The notes under the pieces were generated by a model that was given only the letters and a program-made list of their open reading frames with translations, did not search any database and was not told the origin of the DNA. A stretch of 64,000 nt of DNA from Pseudovirgaria hyperparasitica (lineage: Eukaryota): assembly GCA_010093815.1 (NCBI GenBank), contig ML996566.1; one strand, 5' to 3'. Made by a program: the position numbers and the translations under genes. The first letter of the stretch is position 1; every line of letters starts with the position of its first letter. Shown in pieces: positions 11,587 to 24,127 of the stretch.

Positions 11587-13034
11587 CAAGGTATAGAAAG
11601 AGATTGAAGAGTCATCGCATTTGTGCGAGTGCAGGAGCTGTGGTAACTTGAGGCAGGAAGCTGTGGTATTTTTGGGTCACCGCGTAGATGCGTCACCGAA
11701 CTTTTGCGTAGTGGGGGCACTTGTGCTGTGGAGCCACCTAGGCAGCCTTGGTCCCTTGCTACTAAGCCTAATCAAGCTGTTTACACTATTAGTGCCTAAG
11801 TAGATGAATTTAGCACTGTAAATGAGGGTACAAAATATTTACCGCCTAACAACTATTCTTAATACTAGGTCTTCCTAGGGTGGTAGTACACTAAAAGTCC
11901 TGCCGTCTAATGGCCCGCAGTTGGTATAAGCTGACAGTATCATCCAATACTACATGCATTTCGAAATTTATACTTCAAGGATCTTACCACTCCCTACTTC
12001 CATACAACAGACTCTGTTCAGCTTTCCAAAAATCCGATCTATTTCAAAGGATCCGTCTCCATCCATATGATTCACAGACAGGGAACGTATGTCCGCCGCA
12101 TGCGGCCACACTCTCAATAGCTCATGCGTTCTCTGAATGAATCATCTCATCAGGTGCATTTCCGGATTAGTTTTCGCAAGGATTCATATAGCATCTACCG
12201 AAGAGCGATGACTCGTTCAGAGCTGAACCTATCGGACAAATCGTTTATGGCATCGTCAGAGATTGATATCATCATCTTGACATTTTGATGGGTAAGATGG
12301 GTGGGACATTATAGGCTCCAGTAGCCTAAGCTCTAATAGTATATTTCCCTTGATTCAAGAAGAGGTGATAGGCAGCGCACTCAAAGTAAGTATACGACTA
12401 CTATGGCTAAATGGAATTTTGACTGAGACTTAGGGACTTTTCCTCAAGAACCTTGCTACATATTCAGATCTACACTGAATTACCAGTCCGAATACCGAAT
12501 GGTACTGGGTTTAGACTGAAAGCGGCTACGGCGGCCTATAAAATATCGCACTGCCCTACCTGTGGACAAGAGCAACCCATGGACATGGAATGTTATAGAG
12601 CTATAGATGAGTTTCTAGCACTGGCTTTCTGGTCTTGGTCCGCGCTTCTTCCTGTTGCGGCATCTCATCCCACATTGCTTATAGAGGATGCGGTAATACT
12701 CCAGAGGGACTGTTTATGCGTCTAGCTGAAGTAAGTAGTGGACGAGACGGACTCGGATCGCCAGGCATGTTATGCAAGCAGCATTCTCTGAACAATTCAA
12801 ATAAATCGATGCAGAGTATAGCTAACCTTCAGACTGTAAGGATTAGTATATGAAGGCGATATTGGGAGAAATACGACTAAAACTGATTTTGCCTCAAAGT
12901 TATCATTCGTCTACCACTTCGTAGCCGTAGCGGCTGTATTAACCTCATTGGATTGACGCATGAAACAAGTAAAGCTCATGGATGCCATTAGGACAGGCCA
13001 CCGTTGTTGAGTCGACAGAAGTCTGAGCACATGA

Positions 13035-14837
13035 CTACACCCTATGACTTGATCGAATTTTCTCGTCTTTGATTTGAACGTCACGCAGCTCCGTATGCGG
13101 CACTTTGAAAGGTATCGGTCCGTTCTCTCGTACTCGGGCGAGCTGCTCGTATGCATGTGCCACCTTCAAGAGCATGTCGTCAGCGTATGGCTTGGTGACA
13201 AACAATAGCGAGTATCTGTTTGGGGTTCAGCATCCGTCACTTCAATTCATTATGCTTGCTTGTCGACTCACGGCATGCCTGGGCCCTTTTTCACAAGATT
13301 CGGTTTTCGTGAGTCGTGCTGGACGGGCGTGTCATCAGGCCAGAACCCGAGCGGCACTGATATAACCGGGAACCCCATTTTAGCGGCGAGATCGTTCACA
13401 ACGTCCTGGTCGGCTGGTACTGTGAGGATGTCAAGATTGAACTGTTCCATTGCTCCGAGTATACCGCCAGGGCCGCCAAAATAGTTTTCTTGCTTGATCA
13501 TTTCTGCATACTTGGAACTGTCGACATCGACCCCTTCAGCCTGCGTCCATTCAAATTTAGCGGTATCTCTGTCTGGGTATTCCTCTTCTGTATGTGACTT
13601 TGTGAATTCGATGATATCTTCAACAGACTGAACATTGTTCGGGTTGGTCACGAGGCTCTGAAGATAGTGGCGGATGTCTCTCCTAAATTCAGAGGCTCGC
13701 ACGATGCCTTTGACTTGCATGTTGAGCGACTTGAACTCATCGATAGCAGGTAAGTCAGCACTATCAACGATCCTCGCCCCTGCGGAGCGCATAATTTCCA
13801 GTGCTGCTTCGAATGATGCTTCGATTGGGCGTGGTGATTCGCCCTCCCAAGTATTGCGAGGAACCCCAATTGAAACATTCTCAAAGCTGGTCCCTTCGCA
13901 GTACCTAGTGAAGTCTGGAATTGGATGAAGTGGAATATTCCAAGTTCGTTCATCTCGTTCACTACGTCCTGCCATATTACTGAGCAGGTATGCCGCGTCC
14001 TTGACTGTTCGAGTCAAGGTGCCAATAACGTCCTGTCGACTGGAGATCGGTATTGTACCATCAGTAGCAACAAGTCCACGTGTAGGCTTGAATCCCACGA
14101 CGTTATTGACTTCAGCGGGCCCCATGATACTGCCCCAGGTCTGCACGATCTGTCAGTCGACCAAAACCCTGTTGTACGTGCGTGTCCTTACTTCTGTGCC
14201 CAAAGCCGCAGTCGAAAGTCCTAAAGATACACCGACTGCAGAGCCCGAACTTCTGCCCCTTGGTATCGAATTAGGATAGTAGGTTCCTAACGTTTGACCG
14301 CCTCTCGGACTCCAGCCACCACTGATATTTAAGCCTCTGAAGTTTGCCCATTCCGACATGTTCGACTTTCCCAGAACGATAACTCCAGCTCGTCGCAGTT
14401 TAGTCACCAGAGAAGATTCGACATGAGGCTTTGCCCCCAACAGGGTATATGAGCCTGCTGAAGCATCCAGCTTGTCCAGAGTGGAGATATTGTCTTTGAT
14501 CAAGAGAGGTATACCGTGCAGTGGACTGTGGCAATAAGCATCTCCTACCGAAGCACCAGGCTATGACCGACCCTCTGCTGCCTGAACGAGTACGCTCCTG
14601 ATCCAGACTTTCTGCCACATCAAGTACGTCAGGATTGATCTGCAACACAGCCTTGAATTCTGAAGCTTCTTCAATCCTCGCGAGGTAAGCTTTCACCAGC
14701 TCAACAGAAGTGAATAGGCCTTCTTGTAAGCCATCAGAAGCTCTCTCAATTGTAAGACACAAAAGGGAGAGAGGATCGACGGAGTCTGGCCTTACGCTTA
14801 GTAGTTTAGAATTGTCCGGTGGCCTGGAAAGCATCAT
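13035..14837 (-). CDS. Amidase-signature family protein; 4 exons (14837..14572, 14525..14192, 14140..13272, 13215..13035)
   Basis: GPLHGIPLLIKDNI (catalytic Lys), GKSNMSEWANFR, GTE|TWGSIMGPA (nucleophile Ser), VVGFKPTRGLV and QDVIGTLTRTVKDAA. Three GT-AG introns restore one frame. Confidence 0.9.
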
Positions 14838-15881
14838 TACCTAATTTTCTCACGTTCATCGTCATCAGACCTTGATTACCCGAGAGGAAACGCAGTATTA
14901 ATATGAAGAGATATAAACCGCGAAAGATGAGCAGTCGCCAGTATGGACGATCCAAGCGGTTCATCGATGTGGGAACAATGTAGGTAAGGCAGTAAGTAAT
15001 AGTGGCGGTAGCTAAAGCACGCTAGCACTGACAGCAGGGAGGGGGAGAGACTGCTCGTTAAAATAGCGCCTTGTGCCAGTTGGGCTTAGCGGATAGTGTG
15101 GGAACTTTTTAGGTGGCAGAGACACCTCGAGATCCTTCCCAATTCATTCTTGGATAATCCGATAGTTTCTGGTCAGGTTGTTTTGATCCCACCAGTTGCA
15201 ACCTTAGAAGTCGACCTTCTATAGGTGCATAATGCAAGTGAAGAGTTGTCCTGAATTGCGAACTTGGCAACATCGCCATTGACCCCTTCAAGACCCCCTT
15301 GGTGTAAATTGATTTGTACAGTTGCCCACGAGCAGTGCTGAGCTATGATCCAGTGGGAGAAGTTGAATTCCCAAATTGATCAAGGATGAACGCTAGCCGT
15401 TCCTTGATGCATGATCCCTGGAGGGTGGGGATTTATGGCCCTCTACTGTCAGCTTTCAACGAAGGATTCCCATCATCGGCATCGAGTGCTATCTTAAGGG
15501 AAGGAATACTACTATTGCAGCGGGACTTGTGGCCCAATACGAGCGGAGACAGTGTTGCTCCAGATATAAGAACGTGCGTGTGTGGCATCGAAGGAACCAC
15601 TGGCTCGATGATCCATCGAAATGCATTTTGGGAGCCACGTAGGTACCGGCTGTTAAGATGGTGACGTAGCTAAACTACGCATTATCACCATGAGCATGAA
15701 TGGTCACTTTCCAACAGACACATTGCAGTCCACTAGGGATTGTTCTCCGGGCTGCAAGGGGTGTAGGGCACGGGTGAGTCGAAACTTGGCGGGGTTCTAA
15801 GGATGAGTTTGGCTATATCTACCTTGAAGCTACTCCCGTCAGCTGTATCGTGGCTGGCACGTCGTATAAGCTACCAAAACT

Positions 15882-18800
15882 ATGGCCGCATCTAGCCTGT
15901 CAGTAGAACACCTCTTTGAACCTATCATCTGCTAATGATCCTCTGACAATGACACAGGGAGCACTTACTGTGCAGTCAATGGGATTCGGTGGTCTGCGAA
16001 TGCACCGAACAACAAGAATCTGTTGATTTACGACAGGTTGAAGATCATAAATCTTGGGATGCCGTCCAGAATCAATTACAGGAGATGGGCGGCGATCAGG
16101 GACTCGCTCTACTTTCACGAAGTCTATTGGAGGTACAAGACTTTGCTAACATATGCATGCATAAAGCATCAATGAACATCGACTGTTCCATAATCTGGGG
16201 ATACATGTGGTTGGTTTTGAAGGTATGGCAATTCATTTTCCATAACAATGCTTGAGCTGACTTTGTGCAGATCATCCACGAGACTAAGACTGGTGCACAC
16301 GTTTTACCGATACTGCAGGACATTACTCAAAAGATTGGTCTCTTCACCAACTATGTCGCTGGCACAAGCGCTCTGACCGTAGGAATGAAAGGATTTTGTG
16401 TCGACATTGGTGTGGCTCTGCTCCAGTTTCTATCTCACCTGCTCAAGTTCATGAGGAACAATACTGTTCACACGATACGCGGTATGATATTCTGAGTCGT
16501 GCTCGATGTGTATGTTGACCTTCAATTCACAGGGCACATCTCACCCATCGAATGGCAACCTCTAGACAAACAGTACTCGTCATCATGTCGTCAAGTTCAT
16601 GATGTGATCAGTTGCATGGAAATGCTTCTCAACTTTGCGAGGCGCCCTAAGCCCGCGCGTGATGTAGGCAACGGTAGAGAAATCAATGATTTGCTGGCAC
16701 CAATGAGACGAAGCTTAATGTGGCAAGAACCGGCAAAGCTACCCTGTATTATTCTACCCTCTGCCAGGACCCCAAAACTTTTTGATCGAACAGAAGTTAC
16801 CAGAAGTATTGAAGAGCGGTTCAAGTCTGGTATCCCCGAACAGTCCTTGCAGTCGCTAGCAATACATGGCCTTGGAGGAGTTGGGAAGAGTACCGCAGCT
16901 CTAGGGTATGCTGAAACCAAGCTCCAACAGGGCGAGCTAGATGCGGTCTTCTGGGTTCATGGTGAAAATGAGTCATCGATTAAACAAAGCTTTACGGATA
17001 TTGCACTTCGTCTCAAGCTCCCAGATGCACAGCAAGGCGATCATGATGGAAATCGTGTTATGGTCTTGCACTGGCTTCAACGCACCCGTAAGAATGGAGG
17101 TCTTCAGTTCTTGCTCAATCGCTGATTCTTATTGTGGTAGAAAGTCGTTGGCTTCTCGTGTTCGACAACGCAGAAGTGGCCGATCTAATCAGAGAATATT
17201 GGCCTCTATCAGGTCGCGGCCAGATTTTGATCACTACTCGTAGCTCACCGATGGCTTACGAACTTACGAATAATCTGATAGAAGTTAGCAATTGGAACGA
17301 CGAGATAGGATTGAAATTTTTGCTCCATCTATTATCTAGGGACATAGCTACAGACCTTGAAGAGAAAGAAACAGCATCAGCTTCGGAACTGTCAGAGAGA
17401 CTGAGTGGACATGCTTTGACAATATCCGCAATGGCTGGCCTTATCCATCGCCACGCGTGCTCAATCACGGAATTCATGGCTTTCTATGATCGATATCCGG
17501 GTCAAGTGAGTGGCATATCAGCAAACCGCTCAATCAACGCAGTTTGGGAATTGTCTTTCAAATCGCTTGACTCAGAAAGCCGAGTACTCTTGGGAGCTAT
17601 GTCTTTCTTAAAGCCTGACAGTATCCCACAGGATTTGTTAGAACCGCAAACAACGGAATATCTTGACGAAAGTATCATATTTGCCCAAGACAAATCCAGG
17701 TTAGTCTGCCAGAGATATTCGATGCTTTCAAGTAACTAATCGTCTAGATTTTCTAATGCTGCAGAAAACCTTATTAACGCTGCCCTTGTGAAACATGACC
17801 GTCACTCGAGGACGTTCTCTATTCACCGCTTAGTTCAAAAGGCCTTTAGGATGTTTCTATCGCCAATAGAACGGCACGACGCTTTCAAAAATGCTGCGAC
17901 ATTGACGTTTAAGGCATTTCCAGATCCGCGTCGCGGAGGAACTGCAGGTCCTATTAGTCTTTATGACACATGGGACCAGTGCGCTACGTACTTCCTGCAC
18001 GTAATCAGCCTCAAGGATAGATTCCGTGAGGAGATACATCTGAACCCTCAATTCACTGCATTACCACTCTATTGTAGATTGAATAACTCATGTCAGAGGT
18101 AGGACACACCATTTGTGTATTCAGCCCCAGAACTATACGCTAAAGACTCAGCAGATACCTCTTAGAGATAAATTCTTTGGACGAACTTGGAGATCTCGTC
18201 GACGTCAACACAATGGCCCTGGACACATTACCCTCGGAAGGGAGAACGGTGAACCTATACGGTTCATTGACGTCACATCACGGACAGCTACTTATGCGTT
18301 TAGGTCATCCCCATGAAGCTGTGATCTGGCTCAAGAAGTCATATGAAATGCGGAGCCATGACGTGCCATGGAATCCACGAGAATCATCTGCCGCTGCGAT
18401 CAATGTCGCTGCCGCTTTAGCGACTTCCAACCACTTCACTGAATCTCTACGCTGGTATAAACTCGGCTATGAGCACTTCATGGAATGGTCATTGAGACAG
18501 CATGATAACAAAGCCGTAATGTCTCCCACAATTAGGATAGAGATGGGCCTTTGTCTCTATTGGCTGAATGATGTAGATGCTGCGAGGGATCAGCTGAGCC
18601 TAGCTCTTACACATATAGAGTCTACGACACCATACAACTGGGCCAGAGCAGCTGGGTAAGAGACCTATAAGAGCGATGTACTTTCAAATGCTAATCCTGC
18701 AGGGCTCACTTCGGCCTCGGAACTGTCGACCGCCGTGAACGCAAATTTGACACAGCTGAATGGCACTTCCTAGAAGCGCAGAATCTATGGCTAAAAGGAG

Positions 18801-19180
18801 ATCAGATGCGCACCCACCCAATGTATGCGGCCTGTTCCTATCGGCTGGGGTGTGTCGCAATGGAGCAAGGAGATATCACTGCTGCGATGTAAGTCGAACT
18901 ACTACCACACCTTTACTAAATGGCGTGCTAACATGCTCAAAGCAAGCACCTGCATGATGCGATGAGACAAACCGGAAAAAGCAGTCATATTATGACGGCA
19001 GAGCATATGAGAGTCCTCTTTAAGCTTGCGGAAGCCCTTGAGCAAGATCCGAGAAGCACGAGAGAGTCCATATCAATTCGTGAAGAGGCCGAATGTCTAC
19101 TGCGCCGACGTGTACCGAATATTGAAGATCCCGGGAGCGAGAAGATATATGACAGTTTTGTGTGTATCGAGTGGCGCTAA
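15882..19180 (+). CDS. Fungal NLR-like STAND protein: helical N-terminal domain + NB-ARC + TPR-like repeats; multi-exon
   Basis: Walker A GLGGVGKST, VFWVHGE, Walker B WLLVFDNAE, GQILITTR, GHALTI (GLPL-like), SFLKPDSIP and FSIHRLVQ (MHD-like), followed by TPR-like helices. Introns read at 15899-15957, 16223-16270, 16482-16532 and several later positions. The start MAASSL at 15882 is inferred from a GTCAGT donor that restores the frame. Confidence 0.85.
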
Positions 19181-20250
19181 GAGGTCTCAGTGAAAGGTCA
19201 CGAGCAGCAATTGACTGACTGCTTTCCCTATTTTCACCACATTATTGGCACCTGTGATTGACTGATACACAAGCTCGCTACGGGTATCACTATTGCGCGC
19301 CTTACGTTCACTGGCTGTCTCAGGATCCAATAGTGGAGATTAATCAACCTCTGATCGGAGGTAGGAAACCGTTATTGATGGTAGGGACCAAGGACCTTGA
19401 CTCGTCGTAGTCTTCTTGCGAGTGAGACCCAGCTTGAGACCTGAACTGATATCTCGAGCGTTCTGCGGAAGGTTGTCTTGGATTTTGAGGCCGTCAGGAG
19501 TTCGCAAGCGGGGCCTCTGCTGGACGTTATACATAGAATCATTATTTCATGAGTGGGCCTAGAAGATATCTGCAATTGGCCCATCATTGGAACACGTAAA
19601 AAATGTCCTAAAGTGTAGTTGAGTTTATCATAGATCCATTACCCGCCAATTTCCGTTATTAAACTCTTGCTCGATAAATGGAGAGGGATGCACATGATAT
19701 CGTGTCTGGTACGCGTCAGAGGGGTTAGCCGCTGCAAGTATAAGAGCGCTAACGGGAGGAGTAAGTCCTTTACAGCCGTACGGCTTGTGAGATCACTGTC
19801 GCACATATCATTATGACTATAGATTAAGGTTTTGCAAATCTGAGCGTGCGACAGATCATCGTGGCTGTGGAGCTGCAAGAGAGCGTAACTCAAGCACGTG
19901 GGCTCTGAGTCCGGTGAAGCTGGGGATGATACAATTGGGCACATAAGAGGTGCTGAGATTCAATTGCCCTGTGATCCTTCTGTTAGCTTGTATTATGGTT
20001 GTACATGGTCATTATGCTTGAAAGCCTAGTAAGGATTTTTCAACAAGGAGATTTTTACTGCCTGACCTGCGAGCATTAGATCCGAACAATCTCCGCGCAC
20101 GACCCTCAGCCACGCGGGTCATTCTGGTAGTGGGGCATATTAACGGCTCTCATCTTCGTTTCTCATTCCCAAAGACCATCTGTCTGCTGCGCAAAGGTCT
20201 TCCAGCAGGCGCGTGTTGTCTGTCGGACCAATCTCACCACCCAAGCCAAC

Positions 20251-21461
20251 ATGGCCGACTTCGAAAGCGAAACGGACAGCGATTACACAAGTTACTGGCG
20301 CGATTGGGTAAGTCAACACACCTACCTTCATTCTACACACATGGACACGCGGCGTGAGAGTACAAGACATACAACATGATGCAGCAAAGGATTAACGCAA
20401 ACATGGGGATTGGAGCTATCATTAAGGATCCACCATGGCTGTGAAGCATCGGCAAGACGCGCCATGGATCAGATCTCCAAAAGGCGAAGCCTGCCAGCGC
20501 TCGGGTTGACACAGAGCATTGACAGGGGATCGCGCCCCTCGCAAACACCTATTACACAGCCCATGTCAGCACTCAAAGACAACTCATGATAGCTTCAATA
20601 CATATTCTACCAAAATGCTGACCAATGTCTTGCAGTTCATATCCTCGCGCGGCAACGAATACTTCTGCGAAATTGACGAAGAATACCTCACCGATCGCTT
20701 CAATCTGACAGGACTCAACGTAGAAGTGCAATACTATCAATATGCGCTGGATCTCGTAACAGACGTCTTTGACCTAGATTGCGACGATGACATGCGGGAG
20801 CAAATCGAGAAGAGCGCGAGACATCTATACGGACTGGTACATGCGCGATATATTGTTACGACGAGAGGGCTGGCAAAGATGGTAAGTGTGCCGAAAGCCA
20901 TACGTTCCATCCCATATATCAGCTTGGCCCCTCCATCCTCGCATTCATCAATATACTATACCCGAAGAGAGGTGTCGAGAGCTGACCTCAAATCTGTTCT
21001 CCTAGCTCGACAAATTTAAGAAAGCCGACTTTGGGAAATGCCCACGCGTGATGTGCACCTCGCAACCGCTCCTCCCGATGGGCCAGTCCGACGTACCCAA
21101 CACCTCCCCGGTCAAGCTCTACTGTGCGCGCTGTGAAGACATCTACAACCCCAAATCCTCACGCCATGCCGCCATCGACGGCGCCTACTTCGGAACCTCG
21201 TTCCAGAATATTCTATTCCAGGTATATCCGTCGATGATGCCGGCGAAGACACAACGGCGGTACGAGCCACGGGTGTTTGGATTCAAGGTTCATGCGGCTG
21301 CAGCATTGATGCGGTGGCAAGCGATGCAGAGGGATGATATGAAGGATCGATTGCAAGCGGCGAAGGTGGAGAGTGGGTTCGAGGAGGAGGATGAAGAGAT
21401 GGAGAGTGAGGACGAGTTGGACGACGAGATGGAGGGAGAACAGGTCGCACCCCCATTATGA
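20251..21461 (+). CDS. CKB2: Casein kinase II regulatory subunit beta-2; exons 20251..20307, 20636..20881, 21006..21461
   Basis: MADFESETDSDYTSYWRDW|FISSRGNEYFCEIDEEYLTDRFNLTGL, LYGLVHARYI, zinc finger CPRVMC...YCARC, IDGAYFGTSF, YEPRVFGFKVH. Confidence 0.95.
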
Positions 21462-22133
21462 TAATAAGAGAAGGTAATTACGTTGCGCAAGTGGCATTGT
21501 CAGGTGTTCGGCGTTTGTTTGTTATAGCAGGCTCAGGTGCGGACTTGGTGTATAGACTCGCACCGTTCTTTTCAGTATCTTAGACCTGACATGTCCGATC
21601 CCCGTTGCTGATCTTATCTACTGATCATTCCGAATGTGTGATTCATAGGCCTCTAGCTCATGATAGTCACATTGTGTAGAGCTGAGAACACATCAATACA
21701 CACGCACGAAAGTCACGTTTACAGCAAGAGAATCGCTATGAAGAATGATAATTTAATCCTTAATTGAAATTACAGAACCATGACTGTCTGTCAAGGCTGC
21801 CAGTTGAGCACAATAGCCATGCAATAGCCATATCAATGATCCAGCAATGTAGAACCACACGTGCAGGCGCTCGTAGCTCAGGCACACCAATGGCTTGATA
21901 GATCCATCCCATAGGGGGAGCATTAATTACCACTAAACCCAACGTGATACATGTTTTCGCATGGCCCTGGAACAACTCTCGCCAACTTGAATCGTCTGAA
22001 GATATCGTATCATCAGTCGATGAAAGTATGAGAGCTTCAAAGTCTTGCTGGTCTAAAGCATCGCAGCGTCAGCCCGATATGAAGAAATGCAAATTGAGCT
22101 TTAGGAATGAGACGCGTATTTTTTTGCACCCGT

Positions 22134-22698
22134 TTACAGGAGAGCAGCAAAGAGCGCACCAGCACCGACAAGAGCACCACCAGCAGCCTTGAAGCCAGCA
22201 GCAGCACCCTGGGAGGATGTTGGTTCGGCGCCGGTTCCTGATGCACCGGATGGGCTGCCGGATTCTTCGTCACCACCATTCTCGCCGCTGGTCTCAGTAG
22301 GAGACGGGGTAGGTGTGACAACGGAGCTGATGGAGGCTTCGGTGTTGACAGACACGACGAAGGTCGAGTTGCCGTAGTTGAGGGTGTGAAGGCCGTCCGA
22401 GAGACCGGCAGGGATAGAGGCAGCTGGCGGCTGAGTGGTTACAACAGCAGGGTTTTGTGGCTGGCTTGTGACGAGGTCAGGTTGGCTGGTCACAACAGCC
22501 GGCTGGCCAGTGACCACGCCGAGAGAGTTTGTCTGGGTAAGGTATTTGGTGTTCTCGTTGGTGTAAGGCTGTACGACGTTAATAATCGTGTGAATAGTGC
22601 GTGCCAAACGGAGTGTGACATACAACAGAGCTGACAGCACTGTCCTGGGCCAGAGCACCAGCGCACATAAGAGCAACGGTGAGGATCTTGGAGAACAT
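22134..22698 (-). CDS. Small secreted Ser/Thr/Pro-rich, probably GPI-anchored cell-wall protein; exons 22698..22624, 22568..22134
   Basis: Signal peptide MFSKILTVALMCAGALA, LTQTNSLGVVTGQP, repeated (V)VT(S/T/G)QP units, and a C-terminal omega-like SQGAA followed by the hydrophobic tail GALVGAGALFAALL. Confidence 0.85.
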
Positions 22699-24127
22699 TT
22701 TGAAAGTTATTAGAAGGGTAGTATAAGTGATTTGAAGTTGTTGAAGCGATTGGTAGTCGAAGTGAATTATTAGCGATAGGATGAAGCTCGAGAGCGACGC
22801 GATGCAGTAAAATGGAAAGTTGTTGGCGAAAGAAGAGACCAGAGTGTTTGCAGGGGATGAAGTAGAAGAAGTAGAGGTGAGAGGAATAAGGAGGTCCGCT
22901 ATTAAAAGCAAGACCCGCCTGTCTTGTTTAGCGTCGTTTCGCGTCTTAACTAGGATCTCGCCCAGCAACGGCATGCAAGATTTGCGTTGCGCCACACTAG
23001 AGCTGAGCGAGCACAGACACTTTGCGGATCCAAGCGCCGGGCCATCTCTCTCCCCAGTTTGTTCTCTTGCGGTCAATCATGCTAATTACACTCTGGCAAG
23101 ACACCACGCACCGCAGTTCCGGAGCTTAATCATATTTCATCCCGATAATAATGCCTCTGTCCTGTTGGAAGTCCGCGTGGCGCAGAGCAGCCAAGGTCTC
23201 TGACTGACAAAGGTTGGCCACCCAATACAACACGATATCCATTTTTTACGCGTCAATCTTGTCACACTTTACGTCAAAGCAAAGCTGTTTTCATGCCCTT
23301 GTGCCAGACTCACAGTCACCAAGCCAATGATGATTGGCTAGTAGAGCAATAGCCGATTTATTGACTACGTGCGCTAGTCCCACTTCACTACAAGGATCCC
23401 CACACATACGGTGACTTAGCACGTTATATATAGCATACTCACGTATCAGTCAAGACAATGACAGAAGTCGTAAAATCTTGTAGCTCGATACAATCAACTG
23501 ACGATGATGCCTGCCATTGCCCATCTCATGCAATCTACAAGAACATGATGATCCCACGGCACCCCGGGCGACTAGAATGTTTTGGTCCTCGCAGTACGGA
23601 GATCAGTCAAACCATTGTATCTACATCAGGCTGAAGCGCAATCACGGGTACCTGGTGACTGCTCACGACGCAAGATGACCCACAAAGACCTGCATTGCTC
23701 CATGCTATCACGTGTCCAGCAAAGGTTCTGCATAATAGGTACAGTAGTCACCACCGCAATCGACACTTGGTGAGCAAGTGATGGTGTGCAAACTATCCGA
23801 ATAATACTCGGACTGTTCTACCAGCAAGTTTTGTAGCTTAGCCTGATAGTATGCGGTCTAGTTTATCTCCATTGGTGAGAAACAGATGGACCGCAAGCGC
23901 CAAATGTCGTTTGTTTAGTTGTTTTATTTGTTTCTAAGGCTGTATAGTTGTTGGACTGTACTGTTGCTTTGAAACGTGCTTGTGTGATTCATGTCCAACT
24001 TTCTTGCATTGTTCTAATCATTCTGAGTCTGATATAAAGCTGACGCACTCTATCTTTGTAGGCATTTCCAACATCGATCAAATCTTTCCCTACGTACCTA
24101 CCATTCGAGCGCTGTCTCGCGATCACT

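Noticed and set aside
14840..19600. Amyloid signalling motif or adjacent HeLo/gasdermin effector for the NLR
   Set aside because: No N/Q/G-rich pseudo-repeat at the NLR N-terminus and no effector ORF in the flanks.
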